Below, piece by piece: positions 57,801-64,000 of a DNA stretch of 64,000 bases. Every line of letters starts with the position of its first letter. The first letter of the stretch is position 1. Under the pieces are notes generated by a model. That model was not told the origin of the DNA. It did not search any database and saw nothing but the letters and a program-made list of their open reading frames with translations. A program made the translations under genes and the position numbers. The stretch spans positions 115,816,001 through 115,880,000 of the forward strand of contig OX597820.1 of assembly GCA_951406725.2 (NCBI GenBank). Direction: 5' to 3'. Source of the DNA: Octopus vulgaris (lineage: Eukaryota).

Positions 57801-58330
57801 GTGGAATCAACTAGAAGACCATAATGATGCAAAAACTCAGCATGAAGAATCACAGTTGGCACTTAAGTGATGATGAAGACTTTGTGGAACATTCCCCAAA
57901 GATCAATTCCCCAGAGTAAGCAAGTTCTCTCTGAAAGTTGCAATTGGGAAGTAGTTAATGGACTGGAAGAAAACTGTCCTCTTGTCACATTGCCCCATGG
58001 TGGATGGTTGGGTGCCAGTCTCTGCCCCAGAAAATGAGCACCAGTTGATTGGTCAAGAATACAGAAGAGGTGACTAGGAGGAGGTACCAGGTGCAATCAC
58101 TGCTGTTAATTCTTGGTTGCACCATTTCGTGGATGGGAACTTTCTTGGCAGCATCAGGAGGACAAACATTTGTGGTCATTGTTATAGAACCTGCAATGGT
58201 ATCAGCACATTGAGGAAACTGTCTGATCAACAGCTGGATTCCAAGGATACTCACACCATGATTGATGGTTGCAATGGCTTGCTTGAATCTGTATCTGAGC
58301 ACATTTAACTGCTTGTGCTTGGCTACCAGC
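54850..58330 (-). mobile_element. Highly degenerate Ty3/Gypsy pol remnant interrupted by an RTE fragment and a SINE
   Basis: RT MPFGL...FQHFIN...KYPFGVSSLDFL, IITKGPPV...AKAEFEHMLELSII, integrase-like KWARNYVHCHKTK. Confidence 0.6.
55690..56356 (+). mobile_element. 3' fragment of an RTE-type LINE
   Basis: VEEFIYQGS..I..., LFQAIVTTVLLYG motifs; ends in GATGATGATG. Confidence 0.6.
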
Positions 58331-58801
58331 TGAGCTTGAAGGACAACTAACTCAGAGCAAGAAGGGGAAAGAGGAGGAGAGGGAGGAGGAGAAGGAGAAG
58401 GAGGAGAAGGAGAAGGGGAGGAGACAAAAGAAGAAAATGAAGAAGAGTTTACCTAATTGGTTGATGTGACATGGGCCATAGATGATAATGGTGTGGTAAC
58501 CATTGAAATACTGCCAGCCAGATCTGTCAACAGTTCTGAGGATATGAAGCTCTTTGGGAGGAGCATAATGCAGTCCTTGGATCATCAAACCCCCATCATA
58601 TTGTCCAACCCATGCCAGCATGGAATATGAACATTAAGTGGCAATGACGATGATGATGATAATGATAATGATGATGACGATGATGATGATGAAGATATAT
58701 ATATATATATATATATGTATTTGTATTTATACATAGACATATTTATATACATATTTAAATGTATATTTATATATATGCATACATACATGCATATATACAT
58801 A

Positions 58802-60062
58802 TTAGGTTGTCTCACATGAAATGTCATATTATAAATGGGTTTCTTGTGAGTCATCTATAAATGGATTTTTAATGAGTTTCTATGTATCTGTTTGTGTTTC
58901 CTCTTAACAATTTTTCTTTCTAGACAATACTATTATTCAAAATTGCAATCCACAGCTCTTATGATAATGTTGACAACCAAACAATACCGAGTGATTTTCT
59001 TGTATGAATACAAGTTGGGTCAGTCTGCCACCAAAGCTCTACAAAACATCAAGTGGGATTTTGGTAACAATTCCGTTGACATTAGAGCTGTTCAGAGATA
59101 TGGTTCCAAAGATTTCGTTCAAGAAATGAAAGCCTTAAAAAATGAACCAAAAGGGAGACCAAAATCAGTTATTCGGCATGAACTGAATGCTTTGGTTAAA
59201 CAAAATCTGAGAACAATGGTCTGAAAAATTGGATCAGAGCTCCAGACATCTGCAACTGCTCAACACTTGAAGAAAATTCGAAAAGTCAAAAAGATGGATA
59301 AGTTTATTCTCCATCAGCTTAAAGAGATTCAAAGAAACAGACACCTTATAGTGTGTTCCATGTTGATTTCTTGGTTGGAAAGAGAACCATTTTTATATCG
59401 ACTCATTACGTGTGATGAGAAATGGATACACTTTGATAATAGCAGGAAGACAGGACAGTGGTTAGATGCAGGAGAGTCACCAAAACACAATCCAAAACCA
59501 CCATTGCACCTTAAAGATTTGATGGTCGCTCTATGGTGGTCAACCAAGGAGGTTATTCATTATTCATTTTTGCAACAAGGAAAAACTGTAACAGCAACAT
59601 CCTATTGTCAGGAAATTGATTTTATGCATGAAAAATTAAAAAAGAAGCGACCCAGATTAGTGAACAGAGATGGCCCAATTTTGCTTCATGATAATGCACA
59701 GCTTCACACTTCTCAGGCTACGGTCCACAAGTTGCAAAGCCTGAATTATGAAATTTTGGTACATCCTCTTTACTCTTCTGATATCACCCCCACTGACTAT
59801 CACATATTTAAACACTTTGAACTTGCTATACGCAATAAAACATTCTTAAATAAATAAAAGGTAATTGAAGCATTCAAACAGTTTATCAGTGTAAAAGATG
59901 ACAAATTCTTTGAAGATGGAATATATGCCTTAAATGAAGGTCATAAATGAAGGTCATAAATGAACAAGGATCATATTTTGATTAAATAAACAAATATTCT
60001 AACACTTAAAAAAACAATTTTAATGTTTCCTTTTACAAATGTGACATTTCATGTGAAACAAC

Positions 60063-60066
<4 letters not shown>
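58802..60066 (+). mobile_element. Full-length defective mariner (D,D34D) transposon, 1265 bp
   Basis: TA-TTAGGTTGTCTCACATGAAATGTCA...TGACATTTCATGTGAAACAACCTAA-TA; HTH N-terminus, TCDEKW, HDNA and SDITPTDY with 34 residues between D2 and D3; frameshifts and stops. Confidence 0.92.
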
Positions 60067-60127
<61 letters not shown>

Positions 60128-61550
60128 GTATATGTATACACTCATGCACACATATACATACACACATTGTCTGCATGTGTGCATATACATATATATGTAT
60201 ATGTATACACACTCTTTATATGTACGCATGCACACAACCATTTTTGTGTTAGTTATTGTCAATGAATATATACATATGTTCTTTTATTCTTTTACCTGTT
60301 TCAGTCATTTGACTGTGGCCATGCTGGAGCACATATATATATTTTATAAGGATATAATGTACTCATTCATCAATTAAAAAAATTACTTGGAAACAGCTGT
60401 AATGAACTGACGCCTATCCATCATTTGTCATATATATATATATACACATATATATACATACACCCACACACAGAGACACACATACAATATACATGATGTG
60501 TGTACACAACATCTTTTTCTTTCTTTAGAATTATTTGTAAATAGCCATGGTAGCTGTGGAGAGCAAAGAAAGAGAAGAGGAGTCGAAAGCCTTTCGTTGG
60601 TGTCGGGGGAAGAAGCGGGGTCGTAATTATTAATGCTGTAGAGTTGATGCAGTACAACAGGTCAAGCTGAATTTAACGAGGAGCATGAGGGAAAAAAATC
60701 AATCAATTTATCCTTGTATGAATAACAAAATATATTATGCTGTTATTGTATTGTATCTGTTCACTAGTAATGAGGCAACATGTTGTTTTCTATACACCGG
60801 AGAATGAATATCTTTTTTTCTTTACAGAAAATCAAGTAAATCTTGAATGAGGAATAACTGTGAAAACAGCTCAGAAGATTGGATAAATACCCTTAGAAGA
60901 TGACTAAAAGTGGGCAGCAAGTCCCACAGAGAATCAAATCCTTTACCTCTTAATTCCAGCATTATAAACGACAGGATCTGTTGTGAGGAGTCTCTCAGCT
61001 TAATGGTACGGAGCTCTCAGCCAGGATTTGAGAATTACAGAATCAGATTCTCTGTACTGACTTGCTGGTCACTCTTTTTCCGTCTTCTAAGAGATTATTT
61101 ACTTAATCTTCTCAGCTGTTTTCACAACCATCCTGCATTTCAGAATTCCTTTATTTTCTGTAAAATACCAAAACCCACATTCATCATCATCATCATCATC
61201 ATCAGTGTTTCTGCAGTGTTTCTACAGCTGGATGCCCTTCCTAACGCCAACCACTCCGTGAATGTAGTGGGTGCCTTTTATGTGCCAGGGGAGGCTGGCA
61301 GCGGCCACAATCGGTTGGTGCTTTTTACGTGCCCTCATATATATATATTTTTTATTTAGAGACTCTTATAATGGGGATAAAGAATAAATATAGAGAAAAA
61401 CAATTTGTTTTAAATCTCTGAGTGAGAGGTATACAGTAACAGTACTGAATAGTAAAGTTTATTTGCCAACAGAATGTGGCAGCCATATACAAGGACATTG
61501 TTACTGTTCATTATTTACATTGTTTACATTTGATGGATATTTGTCCTCAT

Positions 61551-61734
<184 letters not shown>

Positions 61735-61900
61735 CACTATAGGCACTGCACACATCCTACGCAGAACACTTTCCATACAATAACCATCAGAGCATCACAA
61801 CAAATCACAGCACATACCCAAGGCACACAGAGCTGCGCCGGTAGTGGTGAAACACGCTATAAAAATAAAAATAAAACTATGAATAATAATAATAATAATA

Positions 61901-61932
<32 letters not shown>

Positions 61933-61998
61933 AACAACAACAACAACAACATCGAAAAATACCTTAGGAATGAGAACCCAGGTTCGAAATTTCCCCAA

Positions 61999-62044
61999 GA
62001 CACCTGATGAAGGCTGGAGGGTATATCAGCCGAAAAGTTGTGTT
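61999..62044 (+). ncRNA. Minimal hammerhead ribozyme motif in a pLTR-like repeat
   Basis: Stem I GACAC/GTGTT, CTGATGA, A, stem II GGCTG-10nt-CAGCC, GAAA-AG-TT (stem III imperfect). Confidence 0.55.
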
Positions 62045-63478
62045 AACAACAAACATGAGGAGGACAAATATCTGTCAAATGTAAATAATGTAAATAATTC
62101 CTCATCTCTTAAATATAGAATGATGTTAATGTTGTTTTAGCCCCAGGAAAACATCTTTTCAAGCTGGCTATCCTAGGGCTAAAACCAACCACTTTACAGA
62201 GTGTACTGGGTGCTTTTTATTAGGTTCTGGCAATAGTGAGGTCACTGACTAACTCACAAGATAAGATCCCTTAACTGAGATGGGGAGTAGCATTGAGGGG
62301 GACCACTTTATGCCAGGTGATGAGAGGTTAAAGTATGATAAAGGGAAAGAAACAGGTACCTTGCAGTAGAGGAGATATATGGCCACCCCAGCTGGAAAAG
62401 GATAGAAGCTGGTGGGGAAGTGTCAGAATGTATTCTCAGCTTATAGGAAGGTGACCATAAGACAAGTGGACCAAAGGATTGGACAGGATGACTGGATATA
62501 TCCTGTCCACAAGAGTGTGAGTGGCAGATGATGGATAAAGATAGGGATAGAGGTGAGTGCAGAGATTGTTGAAGACAAGTGGAGACATATTTGATGGTGA
62601 ATACCAGATGCTTTGTGGAGGAGAGAAGGTGGAGGCACCAGGAGGTAGAACAGATGATGCGAAGTACTGGTGGTGTGTTTGTGTCAGAAATAATAATAAT
62701 TATTATGAGAGTGATATCTGGTGGAATTGGTGGAGCGACAAACTAAGATGCCTTGTGATATTTTGTTAAATATTTTGTTTTGAGTTCAAAACCTGTTTAG
62801 TTCAAATTTGCCTTTCACCTTTCTAGGATCAATAAAAACAAGTACCAGTCATATATTTAGGTCAAGTTAACTGACTGTAGCCCTCTGAAATCTGAAAAGC
62901 AGTGAATTGGATGATCTTTGATTTTGTCTTTTATCCATGAGATTTATAAATTAAATACCAGTTAAATAATGAAGTTGGTATAATCAACTCTACACCATCA
63001 CAAAACTGATGGTTTTGTGTGTTTATGCTAAAAATTATTATTATTATTGAGTGAGGGTGCAATGCATGCCATCAAATTGACATTGGGGTACAAAAGGGTA
63101 CAACAGGCACATACAGCACAACCATATGTGCGCAACATGGTGATTTCATATCAAGATAAACAGCACATGACCTGGAAGATGGAACCCAGTTAGAATTTTC
63201 TTCAGGTTGAGTAGCCCATCACACTGAAAAGATCTCTGAATAAGGTTTGTTTAAGGATGATGAACGAAACACCCAGGTTTCCAGAGGTGAATTGTTCAAA
63301 CCTACCAAAGAATTCCTCTCAACACATGGTTATGATGTTCCCCCAGTGTTTCTGCTTGTGATCAGAGATACATATATCGTCAGCCACCAAGGGACATGCT
63401 CAACTGGTTAAGGTCAAGCGACTGACAAGCAAATCTGTGGTATTGAGCAGAATATTGGCTGTAGCCCATTTTCCATAC

Positions 63479-63547
<69 letters not shown>

Positions 63548-64000
63548 CATCATTATTATTTAAGGCGCAGGAATGGCCATGTGGTAAAAAGCTTGCTTAC
63601 CAACCACAGTTTTGGGTTCAGTCCCACTGCATGGCACCTTGGGCAAGTGTCTTCTACTATAGCCTAGGGTCAACTAAAGCCTTGTGAGTGGATTTGGTAG
63701 ATGGAAACTGAAAGAAACCCGTCGCATGTACATATATATATATTTTACTTGTTTTAGTCATTTGACTGTGGCCATACTGGAGCACTGCCTTTAGTCGAGC
63801 AAATCGACCCCAGGACTTATTCTTTGTAAGCCTAGTACTTATTCTATCAGTCTTTTTTGCTGAACTGCTAACTTACGGGGACGTAAACACACCAGCCTCG
63901 GTTGTCAAGTGATGTTGGGGGGACAAACACAGACACACAAACATATACACACACACATACACACACACATATATACATATATACGACGGGCTTCTTTCAG

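Noticed and set aside
60547-60850. Possible small gene or exon (ATG at 60547; acceptor at 60827)
   Set aside because: ORFs are under 30 codons, have no recognisable homology and form no consistent exon chain

Overview
AT-rich, microsatellite- and SINE-dense eukaryotic DNA. The repeat landscape resembles an octopod cephalopod genome (inference only). Two spliced protein-coding genes lie on the + strand. (1) The 3' part of a C7orf50/WKF-domain (DUF2373) gene (433-22447; start lies upstream of the window), whose N-terminal region is built from a tandemly duplicated cassette of symmetric phase-1 microexons, including copies that appear to be decaying. (2) A complete five-exon TMEM237 ciliary transition-zone gene (31311-42854, 398 aa by my exon sum). 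The rest is repeats: at least four SINE families, piggyBac/hAT/pogo/Merlin-type MITEs, Helentron-associated elements, a full-length defective mariner, a DD37D-type remnant, a TIR/TSD-bounded Chapaev3 element, and RTE, Gypsy and Naiad-type Penelope-like remnants. Several minimal hammerhead ribozyme motifs are present, one with an intact core in sense orientation in a TMEM237 intron, and several foldbacks have their symmetry axis inside a hammerhead core. All calls were made by eye; repeat boundaries are approximate.
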